Source: Asterias rubens (lineage: Eukaryota). Taken from it: a stretch of 64,000 bases of DNA. Position 1 is the first letter of the stretch. Each line of letters starts with the position of its first letter. The stretch covers positions 24,056,001 through 24,120,000 of the forward strand of contig NC_047062.1 of NCBI RefSeq assembly GCF_902459465.1. Direction: 5' to 3'. The notes beneath the pieces are model-generated. The model searched no databases. It was not told the origin of the DNA and worked only from the letters and a program-made list of their open reading frames with translations. Shown piece by piece: positions 35,601-48,900 of the stretch. The translations under genes and the position numbers were made by a program.

Positions 35601-38600
35601 CTTTTAAATTTGCGCCATCACACCTTATAGCTCCAAACTTGCTGCAGACCATAGCTCACAAAATGGCAGGAAATTGACTGAAGTTGAGTCCCTTGCATAA
35701 CTTGTATCGCTGCTGGTACGCTTTAGAATGTAAAGCGCTTAGAGAATTAAGTGTTAGTTATTAGGCGCTATATAAATCGAAAGTTATTATGTTATTATTA
35801 TTAATGTTAAAATAGTGACCGCAAGAATATGTCACATCAATGAGACACGTTACAATTACAGATAAACGTAAACAAACCATCCTTTTATCGACTTTTATGA
35901 ATAAGTATAATTTCAATTTCATAAAATGAGAACAGTTTCGTCTCCAGAGTTTACCATTTTTGTAAAAATTCTTTGTTTTACGCAAATACGCAACATAATT
36001 GTTTACAACATTGAAGACTATCAAATAAAGACAGTAATAAAGACAATAACATCATGTATACCCTTGATAAAGGGGGTGGTATGTTTACTTAGCATAACAA
36101 TTGAGTGGAGTCTTAGCCGTTAATCTTATTTTACTAAGCAAATATTTTTTGCCTAAGCAAAATTTGGGGCTTGAACAGCTCTATGAAATTGGCCCCTGTG
36201 GGTTTTTAGTTATCAGAATGTGGGTTCGAATCCCCATCATGACGCTTATGTTTTTGAGCAAAACACCTTTACAGGTCGGTATGTGTTTGAAAAAAACCTT
36301 TTGAGTGCCACAGCAGCCCTGGTCTGTATACTTTCAAGGGAGCTTAGCAATATTACATGAATATTATTGGCCCAACGACAAAGGCACTAGCCGAATGAAA
36401 AACGCATGGATAAGTTATTGTAATGTGCGCTTTGTAAGAAATAATTATGATTATTATATTTTATCACAACCGCGATGTTTACCTTCAGAGACAGCTCGAA
36501 GTTTTCTCCTCCGTACATCTTCAGCCCGAGGTCGAAGCCTCCGAGCTCAAGAAAGTAAGATTTGTACATTGCAAATACCGTCCCTGAAAATGCAGGAGAC
36601 CTGATGGAAGAAAGATAAAAGTTCAAAATCAAATGCTATGCTGAATGTTTAGTATACAGTCGACTCTCGTCAAAACAAGGTCACCTGGACTCGCCTAGTG
36701 ACCTCTATAACAGGAACAACGTTATAAGAGGACGATACAACAAAGAACAAAGCGAAATTGAGATTATTTACTTAAAAACCTTAGAATTAAACACTGTATA
36801 CTCAGTACTTTGAGGGAAAAAATCGACAGGCTAATTACTCGGTGGGATTCAAACCCATGACGTTTGCGTCGCTTTGTAGAACAAACTGTTGTTGGCATTC
36901 TCCAAAATAATTCAAGAAAATTTAGTCCAATATATATCTATTTTTTTTTTAAATAGAACCCTCTGTGAGGGTCCATCTGGTTTCATATTTACCTGTAAGG
37001 TTCTGTTTTATACCGACGAGCTTTCCTCTCTCTATCTGGTAATTTTTGGACCCGTTTATAATCCATATTCCAATCGAACATCCCACGGGCCAGCCTTCCA
37101 CTACCTTGTGGGTATAGTCGATAATCCATGTTATCAATTATATCGATTATTGGTACAGCTATCGATGTCCTGACGTGGGATAAAGTTAAATATGAATTGA
37201 TTAACATGTGTTACACATAATATTGAGGTAATGCCCGCAAAACTTGAATAAAATTCTCGTTATTGAACACGGAACGAGATCAGGGAGAACATAAGTGCTA
37301 GAGAAACTTTGACTAGATGCTTAAAGGCAGTGGACTCTATTGGTAATTACTCAAAATAATTATCAGCATAAAACCTTACTTGGTAGTGAGTAATGGGGAG
37401 AGGTTGATAGTATAACAAACTGTGAAAAACGTCTCCCTCTGAAGTGACGTAGTTTACGAGAAAGAAGTAATTTTCCACAAATTTGATTTCGAGACCTCAA
37501 GTTTAGAACTTGAGGTCTCGAAATCAAGCATCTGAAAGCACACAACTTCGTGTGACAAGGGTGTTTTTTCTTTCATTATTATCTCGCAACTTCGATGACC
37601 AGCTGAGCTCAAATTTTCACAGGTTTGTTATTTTATGCAAATGTTGAGATACACCAAGTGAGAAGATTTGTCTTTGACAGTTACCAATAGTGTCCAGTGT
37701 CTTTAACAGCTATTTGTTTTGAGATTGTGATGAACAACCCTCCAACATACACAAATACAAAGTAATAACTTTCATGCGAAAATTACTATATGGTTATTCA
37801 TCTAGATTATCAATTGTTTTGTTTTTGGCCCAGCAGCTTTTTCTGATAGCAGCATGCTTCTATAGCAGACGAGAAGGCGGTGAGATGCGTACGATCCTGG
37901 CCAAACATTTGAAGAGCTTAGATGATGGCCTCGAAATGTTAATATTTCATCCTGCAGTAACTGGAAAACAATAACCAACTGGTTCGTGTATAATATTTAA
38001 TCCTCTTAACCGTGTATCTGTAATTTCCAATGGGACTTTCTTTTTCTTAAGCAAAGTGTTCCTATAGCTAACACTCACCGATTCGTAGCCAAGACAGAGA
38101 GCAGTGGAGCAAGCCAGTTTGTTCCGACCTCGCAGTGAGCGTCCATGGATACGATGACCGGGGCTGAGGCTCGAGTGAACCCATACATCCTTGCCCCGAT
38201 CACACCCTCTCGTTTACGGGTACGGATCAGTTTGACTATCCCTGCTAGCTTCACAGTTTTTATGTAGTCATCTAACTGCTTACGCAGATGCTCTGCAAAT
38301 AAATTAGTAAAAGGTCATAATCCATCATTGTTATTCTTTTAAGAAAACAAATCATTTATCTAGCAAATCTAGCTTTTAAGAAAAGAACCCCCCCCCCGAT
38401 AATTGTTTTTTAATAGAATTTGTGAGCGCTTGTTCACAATGTGAATACTCGTGCAATATTCCTGCCAAAATTATACTCTCATCAGGGTATTAAAAACTGA
38501 CCATTGTTCTGCGACAGTGTAGGTTTAAATATCAGGGTGAGTGATACTTTTACAGTAAGTCGTCTTTGTGAGATTTTTCACGGCAAGTCGCCAGCTGATG

Positions 38601-40409
38601 TGCAGTAAGTCAACTAACAACGCATTCAATGGCGAATGCTGACAAATTTGCTTAACATTCTTTTGCTAAGCAAAATTTGTCAGCTTGTGATTATGACATT
38701 GTAATTTGGCTGAAATCATATTGTGGCAAGCATACTGTTGTTGTGTTTAAGCCGCTCTATGAAATTGGATTTACGGATTCAATAAGACACTGCTTCTTAT
38801 GATCCATTCATCAGGCCCAATGATTTTGCTCCAAGATCATAGTTTCTCATCATCACCCAAACTTACTTCTCGTACTGTAGTCATCCACAAGTAAGATTTC
38901 CTTAAGGAGGTATGGGGGACTTCTGTTGATGACACTGTGCACAGTACGTATGAGTGTGGACCACCCTTCATCATGGAAAGCTATTACCACTGAGACCTGT
39001 GGTAGATCTTCAAGATAGTGCCAATGCTTGCATCTGATATACGTGGGAAAATTAGATCAGAATGAACAATAGTCGGATGGGATCATTCAATTCAATTCAC
39101 TTCAATACGTTTATTCCGTACTCTTTTTGGAAATAATTTCAATATGAGAATATAACAGTACATAGTAAGGTAACGAAATAGAGCATACAAGAGTGTACAA
39201 AAGAGTAAGCCGATGCTTGTAGAGAACAGTCTATATATTCAGACAAACAGACAAATCATCAATTATATATATGTTGAGCAAAATGTATTTGAAAGAGCAT
39301 TTCAGGGGGCCCAAGGGTGTTTGAAATAACCGACTTACAGGTAGGGCCATATAGACCGGTAAATACTCCTGTGACTTTTCCATGTTTACATTTTTCGTAT
39401 GAGAAGGACAGATTACTGTAATACTCACTGCGGGTCTCTGAGATCAGGTAACGATCTATCTAGTGAGATCTTATCACTGCCGTACATATTCATAGCGTAC
39501 TCCCGTACGCTGTTTTCCACAGCAGCCTTCTCCCAATCTTCGAAGGTGACGGACATCCCCATCTCGCCCACGCCGTGTCTTGACGGCTCCCTCGGGGGCT
39601 CGAAGTTACCCGTGATGTCCCGGTAGATGGCACCGTAGACGGCACCCGTGGACTTGGGTTTGGAACCGCCACCAAATTTAAAAGATTGGAGAAAACTGAA
39701 GATTCCTCTCTATAGTTTAGGAAAATTGAAAAGATGAAATAGTTTTAGCTGTTACCAAATGCACACAAACCAAAATGACCTGACGTGGTTTTCAATTCAA
39801 TTCAATGTGACGATGGGTGCATAGAAGTCATTACAAAATAATATAGTGTTATAGCAAATAATAAATAAATGTGTACAAGAGATGAGGGAGAGCTGGGGTT
39901 GTTAGCTAAATTCCAAAAACAACATTTGTTTGTGTGTAATGTGTGGATCGATTTTTTTGCATGGATAGATGTAATGTAGTGTACTATTCATGGTTAAGGT
40001 GAAAGATTGGATTTTGTTTAAAGGAAGTTGTCTTCATTTGGTAAATTTGATCTATATCTTCTCATAAAAAAACCTAAAACATGAAGGCCAGCCATGTTGC
40101 AACCTATATTCCCTGCGCAGTGGTAATGTTAGGCCTATACACTGTTTTAACTATACTGACGGGTAAATGATAACACGACAATTGGCACTAGGTAGAACTA
40201 CTTACCTCTGACCTCCTTTGTCTTTCTGTCTGGCCATCATATGACTCCGATATCTTCCCATGTAAGAAGAACAGACACACACCGCATACTATGGCCATTA
40301 GTACCGTCTTCTTACGGCCGCAGGAGCCGTACATGCACCGTATCCTCATCGTTGTAACCTGCCGTCTCAGTGACTGAATACACCCCGTACCGTCACGACT
40401 GCTGCCCAT
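32607..40409 (-). CDS. Polypeptide N-acetylgalactosaminyltransferase, GALNT7-like copy A, ~588 aa, one expected catalytic exon not found
   Basis: Exons 40409-40206, 39709-39429, 39033-38867, 38292-38079, 37169-36993, 36600-36483, 34520-34296, 33804-33697, 33407-33282, 32753-32607 splice in frame; TM anchor, CKHWHY, DAH (DxH), [19 protein letters not shown], three ricin-B repeats. Confidence 0.85.
34848..35358 (+). pseudogene. Aerolysin/natterin-type beta-pore-forming domain remnant, antisense within a GALNT-A intron
   Basis: [16 protein letters not shown], frameshift near 35036, then [54 protein letters not shown]...IDVPFTAML...[20 protein letters not shown]; further disruptions at 34878-34950. 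Confidence 0.7.
35372..35529. mobile_element. Small MITE (AAGCCCGGTT...AACCGGGCTT termini)
   Basis: Inverted ends; related copy at ~55348-55500. Confidence 0.6.
37325..37702. mobile_element. Copy of the abundant TTAA MITE
   Basis: TTAA|aggcagtggactctattggtaatt...ttaccaatagtgtccagtgtct|TTAA. Confidence 0.8.
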
Positions 40410-41894
40410 ACCTTGGGAGTCTTTAAGTCAATCTTGAAGGAATCCCTCCCTACGAAACTTAAGAGTCTAAAGTTCCTCGTTATGTTCCTTATGGACACAG
40501 CTTTGAAAGAGCCATCTTTGTAAGGTTTTCACAGTCAACCGAGCATTCTCAACTGGATCCTATTATTAACAATGAAATAATCCACGTTGAATGGTGTGGT
40601 TTGGGGGGGCTCCAGGCGTGACTCCAACTCTCACAGAGAGACACTACAACCACGACCCTAAGGAGATAACGCTGTGTAACTGAAGACCAATGTGCCCCTA
40701 GAAACTGGCAATGATATGTAATGTGATAAGACTAAGATGACATTTCCTACATAGCTGTCTCGGCCTTTATTTCAAGCTAATGCAGTGATTTATTTAATGT
40801 ATGTAACGTGAAAAATCGATCATTAAATCAGTGTTGTGTGTACACTGCCCCAGAAGGCTGGCTGTATGTGTGTGTGCACACTGAGCGGTGACGTAATATT
40901 TTCCTTTGTTGACAACACACCCGTCACTGCACCATGGTAACGGACTGTGAAGCCAAAACTTGACGGTCCAATAAACCCCCTTGAAATTTCTAGTTATTAA
41001 AAATATTTGAATATTTGAATTCTAATCGAAGACTCCTCAAAAAAGGTGACCCCACTTTGACCTTTCCTTCCGGCCCAAACAGAAAGTTCAAAATGTAAAT
41101 AATGCAATTTCATGAACCATCTGCATGCACCGTCTGTCTGTTTTTAAGCACACTTCAAGTCAAAATAAAGGGCCTCTCAAAGATAAAAAGCTTGATGTCT
41201 CAAAATCAGCCTGACTTTAAAATTCTGAAGTGATTAATCAAAGTCAAACAACACGGAACAGCTTTGTACTTGATCACAAACACCCAATGTTGAGTTATTA
41301 TTAGTAAATGTACCACTTTTTTTTAAATTAATAGTATTTTTGATAATAATTAACGAAATATACGTAAACGTGATCGACTTTACTGATAAATTTGTAAAAC
41401 TTTGTTTTTAATAAATTGCTTTCGTAAATTCAGGCAAGATGTTTATAAAAGTGTACATACAAACATAGATAACAACAACAATATTTTATAGGATTTGAGG
41501 CATTGCATGGTGAGGTATCAATGTATGTTTGTTTTGCGGTAACACCATGTGTGTATCTACTTGCCATGCAGAGTTGTTCTTAGGGAACTGTCTTGCTTTA
41601 TTCTACTGCCGTGGAGTAGATAATCGGAGGGTCGGGAGACTGCTCAGTTCTGAAAAGAACTGTCCTGCTTTTTAACTATTACCAGGGCGGATGGTATAGA
41701 AATTAGACTGGACTACTACTTTAGCTTGTAGGGTCGTAATTAACTGTACTGCCGCGGAGTCAGTTCTGAAATTGGTCTCAATATTTTAGAGAGAAACATT
41801 CACTTATTTATGCTTTACATTCGTATGTGTGACTTTGTGCTCCCCCCCCCTGAAGGTTCGAGGACCATTCCCCCCTCATCCTCTTCCTAATTCA

Positions 41895-41995
41895 GATAGT
41901 AAACAAAGGTCAATTCGATAGTAAACAAAGGTCAATTCGATAGTAAACAAAGGTCAATTCGATAGTAAACAAAGGTCAATTCGATAGTAAACAAA
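41895..41995. repeat. Minisatellite, 22-bp unit x ~4.6
   Basis: GATAGTAAACAAAGGTCAATTC at 41895, 41917, 41939, 41961 and partial at 41983. Confidence 0.95.
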
Positions 41996-42907
41996 CAATG
42001 AACCCAATTAACACCTAAACTGCTCTTGCTTGAATGTAAGTGTGTATCGTTCGATATCACAACATTTTTACTGAAAAACAAAAAGGAATACTACTCAAAC
42101 AAAGGATAATTAATTAAAATAACTTAAGCCTCATATGTTCAGATAAATAAAAGGAAAGAAAAATAAAACTCTGAAAACTGAAACTACGAAACTGTGTAAT
42201 GAACACTCACAGAATTAATTCAAATTTGCTCGCCATCGTGGTTGAATATTATCCACATTGAGTATAAACTGCATGTAATTATTATAATTTGATGTTTTCT
42301 GGATGTTGGCGAGTACTGCGCTTATTCTGACCTTCGGTGAGAACAAATAAATCAAACCCATTTGTTATTAATGTTTATTCATAAGGAAAACCATTGAAGC
42401 AGCAACCAAATAGTATATGGGGGCTTTTTTTAATCAACTAAGGCTAATGGTGGACACAGTTTGGCATATGTGTATAATGTGTTTGTACTGCCCGTCAATA
42501 AAATAGAAAAGAACAAACAAATTAAATTATAAACAGTCGAGGCAAACGTGAGTTTTTTAGATTTCATCAGGCTGTTTTGGGTATAACACCATGTGTAATA
42601 TCCAATATCGTTGTACAAGGTAGACATTCACTGTAGAAACCTATGTGAATATCCAACATCCAATATCAAAAAAAGCAACATCGATATTTGCTGTACAAAC
42701 CTATGGGACTGTCCAATATCCAATATCGATGCACAAGGTAGACGGTCACTGTATAGAACTCTATACTCTAATATCCAATATCAAATTTCAGACGAACTTT
42801 ACTGTCATTACTAAACAGCCATATTTCAGACTTTCTGTGTTATGTCGAAGCAGTATGGTTATACGTTTGCCTTCCCAATCAGTTCGTCCAATGGTGATAG
42901 GCTTACT

Positions 42908-45900
42908 TCAAGCCACTTTATTGGCGGTAAATTTTTGCCGTTTGCTGTTTGGGTCACACTCTTTGAGATTAACGTCATTTGTCTTGCTTGTATCAACGTC
43001 TATACACAAATTGGTCTTTTTCAAACGAATCAAACCATTTTCCTGAAAGTGTAAATGGAAAATAATGATGGTTTTAGACTACAAAATCCTCGATGAAATG
43101 CAAGTCACAGATTTTACCGAAGAGTGACCCGTGAGAGTTATGTACGACACTGTTAATGTAGCCAACGATCATTAATCATGCGTTGAACTTCAACAACTGA
43201 AATCCCTGCTCTATTCCTTCTATAAACAGCAACATTCATTTTTGTTTAATCAATGTTAACTCTGTCCTTGTATCTTCTCACAATAGCTGTTTTGGGGGTT
43301 TCATAAGTGTTTCATAGGCCCTATTGTCTTATTTACAAATATCCAAATGTGTCCACATTTAAGCGTGTTTAGGTCTGTTGATGTACGTGTAATTTGGTCT
43401 AGTAACAAATGGTAAAGTTCAAAATGAGTTCATGTGTAACTGGCAAGCTAATAATGCGTCTTGAAATGTGTTTCAGACCTGTATGTGCTTTGTTTTTGAA
43501 AGGACATTTTCTCCTTGGCAAAAGGCACCCGTGATGAATTTTTTTTAATTTCTACTGGACATTTAAAGGGCACCGAGGCATTGACTATAGGGGGCATGGG
43601 GGAGGTAATCGCCTTCGTTGCCTTCGTGTGAAGTATCAGGCCTGGCATTCTGTGTGTGGATAACATCATTCAGCTTACCTCGCTAAAAGACCAGAAGTCC
43701 ACGTCCCCAACGAGTCGGTGACTTTCCCTGCAGCGGCTCATTTTAACGTAGGTATTGGATGCCGACGGCATCAGGCAATCCTCGCCGTACTGAATCCTAC
43801 CAGTTGTACCTAAGCGGAATTCTTGGTTGCCGCCAAAACCGTGACAGCCACTCACACCAATCCGTAGATTGGGGAGTTTTTGGCCCATTGAGTCTAAGCA
43901 CAATGATGTTCCAGTTAAGCGAAACTGATGGGGAAATGTTTTAGAGTATTATGAACAATGGTTATATAGTTCTCGAAGGACTTGCATTTGAGTAAAAGGT
44001 AACGGGAAAATGTCAAGAGTATGAACACGTTAATGATCAGAGGACTTGTATTTTACTAAAAAGGAAATGACTCTCATAAGATTAATGATTTAAAAAAAAA
44101 AAATATTGCCTGTTTTACCAACAACAAAAATTGTTTTGTCTAGATTTACTTAAAGACACTGAACGTTATTGGTAATTGTCAAAGACCAGTCTTCTCACTT
44201 GGTGTATCTCAACATATGCATAAATGACAAACCTGTGAAAATTTGAGCTCAATTGGTCGTCGGAGTTGCGCGATAATGATGAAAGAAAAACACCCTTGTC
44301 ACACGAAGTTATGCTTGATTTTGAGACCTCAAAATTATAAATTTGAGGTCTTGAAATCAAATTCTTGGGCAATTACTTCTTCCTCGAAAACTACGTTACT
44401 TCAGAGGGAGCCGTTTCTCACAATGTTTCATACTCATTATTTAACAATTACTTTGAGTAATTACCAATAGTGTCCAGTGCCTTTGAACTACAAATTGTAG
44501 TCAATACCAATTTATTTAATTCAAATTTACGGTACTCACCTCACCCCAAAACCGATTTGGTGGCGGTGTAGGAAATAATTCAAGTGAATCAAATGCTACA
44601 TTCTCCATGAACCAACGGAATGATCTGGGACAGTTTTTCTTCCTAAATTCCACCTGTTTGGAGATATCCCCGCATGATTTCCCTCGTAATCTAGGCTTGA
44701 ATGTATAGAAATGTTCTTTATATTCATCCATCCAAACTTCAGCCACTCGCATGTAATTCTGCAAGATAAACACACACATTTATTAACATAGAAACAGTTT
44801 ATAGGCAGTGGACACTATTGGCAATTACTAAAAAATAATTATTAGCATAACACCTTACTGACGAGTCATGGGGACAGGTTGATAGTATATAAAACATTGT
44901 GAGAAACGGATCCCTCTGAAGTGACATAGTTTTCGAGAAAGAAGTAATTTTCCACGAATTTGATTTCGAGACCTCAGATCTAGAAACCAACCATCTAAAA
45001 CTTCGTGTGACAAGGGTGTTTTTTCTTTCACTCTTATCTCGCAACTTCGATGGCCAATTGAGCTCAAACTTTCACGGGTTTGTTATTTTATGCATATTAT
45101 GTTGAGATACACCAAGTGAGAAGACTGGTCTTTGAAAATTACCAATAGTGTCCACTGTCTTTAATTGCCTGACGTTTCGACCCTAGAGCAGAGTCTAGAA
45201 AGAATCTGTTGGGTTGAAACGTCAAGCCATTAACTATTTTTTTCTCGCATTTTTATACCATACGTCCTTTTGGTTGGGAAGCAGTTTGCAACAGGTAATT
45301 CAATGTTTGTTCACGTTAATATTATGTGAGGGTGAAACTATAACTTAACCAGGATATTACATAAATTTCCTTTGAGGTTATTCCATTAACTCAAACTTCC
45401 ATCCTTTCTTCTCTACATTGGGCCCTTGGCTATAGTGATTAGGTTTTATCTGCATCGACTGAGTGAAAACGAAACTGAATTTGAGAGTCCTTGCCTTCAC
45501 AACCAGAATTATTCATTTTCTCGGCATAATAAAATAGAGCTGGCTGCAGCTGTTTTATCAAATTAATTCGCTACGAGATTAATTGTCATTTTGTGTGCGA
45601 GGTTTCCCCTGCAAATTGCACGAGAGTAGTCTGTATATCCATGGAGGAAGAAAATGGTTTGTCTAATAATCATCCCATCAAGGGAACCAAGTAAACTCAC
45701 ACAAGTGGGTATAAACAACAAGCTGGCAACGGCCAATGCTCTCATACAAACATTGGTTTAACGTATAAGTTGCACAAATCACGACATTGTGATTCAGTAA
45801 CTAGACGACAATACTTATCCTAGTCAATGTGAAATCAGCGGTTAGCGTGGTAGGATTTGAACCCACAACCTTGTGATTGCAAGTAAGTCATGTAGTCTAA

Positions 45901-48900
45901 CCACTGCTTACTATAATGACATTTTACACACTTCCATAGTCTTTGTGGTTGGGGAACAATACACACTGCCATTTTGTCACAATTGGTGTGTGTGGTTTTT
46001 TCCCGGTTTTTTTCTGTTTAGAATTGTCATCCTTAACAATTTTCCTCCTTTTTTCCTCCAAATTTCTACTTCGAGAAGCACCACGACAGTGGCAATTTCA
46101 TAGTGCAGAAAACAAAATAGCTGGCGGACTCACCCTATCTACGATGCTGACATCACCGTCAATGGACGGATACTTATAAGGAATACCGTGGCGATAGATG
46201 TGACCTACTCTGGAGCAAGGTACGAACTTTAACCGACCGCCACACATCCATATCTAGAATGAGAAGTTCACAAAGCAAAGTCTTTATTAGCCACAATAAA
46301 GCCAACCATCTCGAAGTTGGACTCAAGGAAACTTAGACAACCGGCTGGTGTACGAAAAACTTAGCATTTTTAGATTTAAAAGAGAAAGAAGTTCTGAAAA
46401 GTTTAAAATAGGGAGACTGCCAACATAGGGATGGATAGCTCAGTTGGTTTAGAGTGCATCATAATCCGGAGGTCGTTGGTTCAAATCACGCTCTAGTCAC
46501 TGTTTCTTGGTTTAACCTAAAATCTTTTAAAATGTACACAAAACAGTCAGTTTTCCTTTAGTTATCATTATTTTGAGACCTGAAAAAAAGGTTGCATCCC
46601 CTTAAGGTGATCCCCTGGCTGCACGGCTGAAGCGTAAACTTGAGTCCCTGGCTACACGGCAGTTACACGGCAGTTGACGGTCGTATGGTTTCTGACTTGC
46701 ACTCCCACAAAAAATATTGATTAATATTAGTGACCACCACCACGGGACTAGGTAGTAGAACGCCGGCGAGTTTATCGGAAGGTCTTTGGTTCAAATCTCG
46801 CTCAATTAAATGTTTCTTTGTTCAACCCAAAATTAATTAAAATTTACCCAGTCAGTTTCCCCCTGATTATTTGAAGTTAATTTGCTAGACAATTATTGTT
46901 TTTACATACTTTGAAAGATATTTCGAATTGTTCTCCGCCCCAGATGAAGAGTCCTGGATCATAACCGCCAAGTTCTAGGAAGTAGGACCGGTCCATTGCG
47001 AACAAACCGCCAGCCATTGCAGGAGAACTAATAGAAATATAACATATTCAGCACTATGATAATTAGTGTTTTCGATTTTTAATTTTTCATTGGGGGAAAA
47101 ACCCTCCAAACACTGTTTAACCAGACAACAATACTCGATACAATAATTGTTACCATAACAACTTAATTGGTCACGGTAACGAGTAATGGGCAACTGTTGA
47201 TAGTATCAAACATTATAGGAAACGAATCCCTATGAAGTAACATTGTTTTTTTGTCTTTCATTATTCATTTGCAACTTTTGTGACAGGTTGAGTCTTAATT
47301 TGCACAGATTTGTTATGTTATGCCTTTGTTGGGATACACCAAAAGAGAGTACTGGTGTTTGCAAATTACAAAACGTGGCCAGTGCCTTTTAACTAACCCA
47401 TACGTGAAAAGAAAAGAACACGTAACCATGACAGTAAAGTTGGTTTGATATTGGATGTTGGACTTTCCCATAGGTACATACAGCGAATATCGATGTTGCT
47501 TTATCGATATATGACAATCCCACATTGGATTAAAACACTGAGCAGTAGGGACAACTTACTCGTAAGCCTGACTTGTATACTTCATGCCAATTCGATCCAT
47601 GGTGTTACCCCACGTTACTGCAATCCGCTTATACCAGAATCCCCAGTCGAATGCCCCACGCGATAGATCACCTTGCGGATGATAGGATAGATCTTCAGCA
47701 GTGATTGCATCAACTGTTGGACAAACTACGGTAGTCCTACAGGGGGGATAAAAACCAAAGGGTGGCATGTTGTAAAAACTTGTAATTCCATACTTGTTTA
47801 GAGGCAGTGCACACTATTGGTAAATTACTCAAAACAATTATTAGCATGAGACCTTACTTGGTAACGAGTCATGGGGAGAGGTTGATAGTATAAAACATTG
47901 TGAGAAATGGCTCCCTCTGAAGAAACGCAGTTTTCGAGAAAGAAGTAATTTTCCACGAATTTGATTTCGAGATCAAACATATGAAAGCCCACAACTTCGT
48001 GTGACAGTGGTGCTTATTTCTTTCATTATTATCTCGCAACTTCGACGACCAATTGAGCTATGATTTTCACATGTTTGTCATGTTATGCATATACTGAGAT
48101 ACACCAATTGATAAGGTCTTTGACAAATACCAATAGTGTCCAGTCTCTTTAAAGCTATGTGTGTGTTTACAAATGCAGTTTGGTTAACCTTTATGGGCGT
48201 GTCAGCCTCCCACTTATCCCGACGCTACAGCGCGCTGTGGCGTACTCATCCAAGATGTTTTAATGTGTATTTTCCAATTCTTATACATGAAATGACTTTA
48301 CATTCGCACACCTGTATATTACAGACCAATATTGGTATGTTTTTTTCTTCTTCTCTGGTTTAATAAGTAAACTTTACAAAGAGCAAACGGAATTATTGTT
48401 GTAAAAGTGTATCTCGTTTTCTTTTAATTTAGATGAGTTATACACGTCTTTAGCGATGCAAGCCAACGCAGTTCGTAGCATTGGGGGTTAACATTACAAG
48501 CACTTTGCCATTCGTCTTCTGTATAAAAACACAGACGGCTCCACTTACCAGAGGGTTAGATCTTGTGTTTTCGACATAGGATATTTATATGATAAGTGTA
48601 AGTGCAAATAGTGTTCTGCCCCCCAAAAAATCATCTCTGAGACCTGACCCCATATTAGAAATGTGGAATGACCCTATTAGGGATGGCAATAAATTGGACT
48701 CCCCAGGTTAATGCACTCTGTAGAAATGGATTAATTAGTCATTAAAGGATTGATTAATTGGTACTCCATTTTCATGGATCGGGTTTAATTACCTGTCATG
48801 TGCGATCTCGGCTAACAGGGGCACCAACCAATTCACGCTACACTCACAATGAGCATCCAGGAATACGACCACTTCTCCTCTAGCTACCATTGCACCGTTT

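Noticed and set aside
46428-46500. Functional tRNA gene (also ~19340, ~52820, ~59400)
   Set aside because: A and B boxes are present but the stems do not pair into a cloverleaf, and several copies continue into shared SINE tails.
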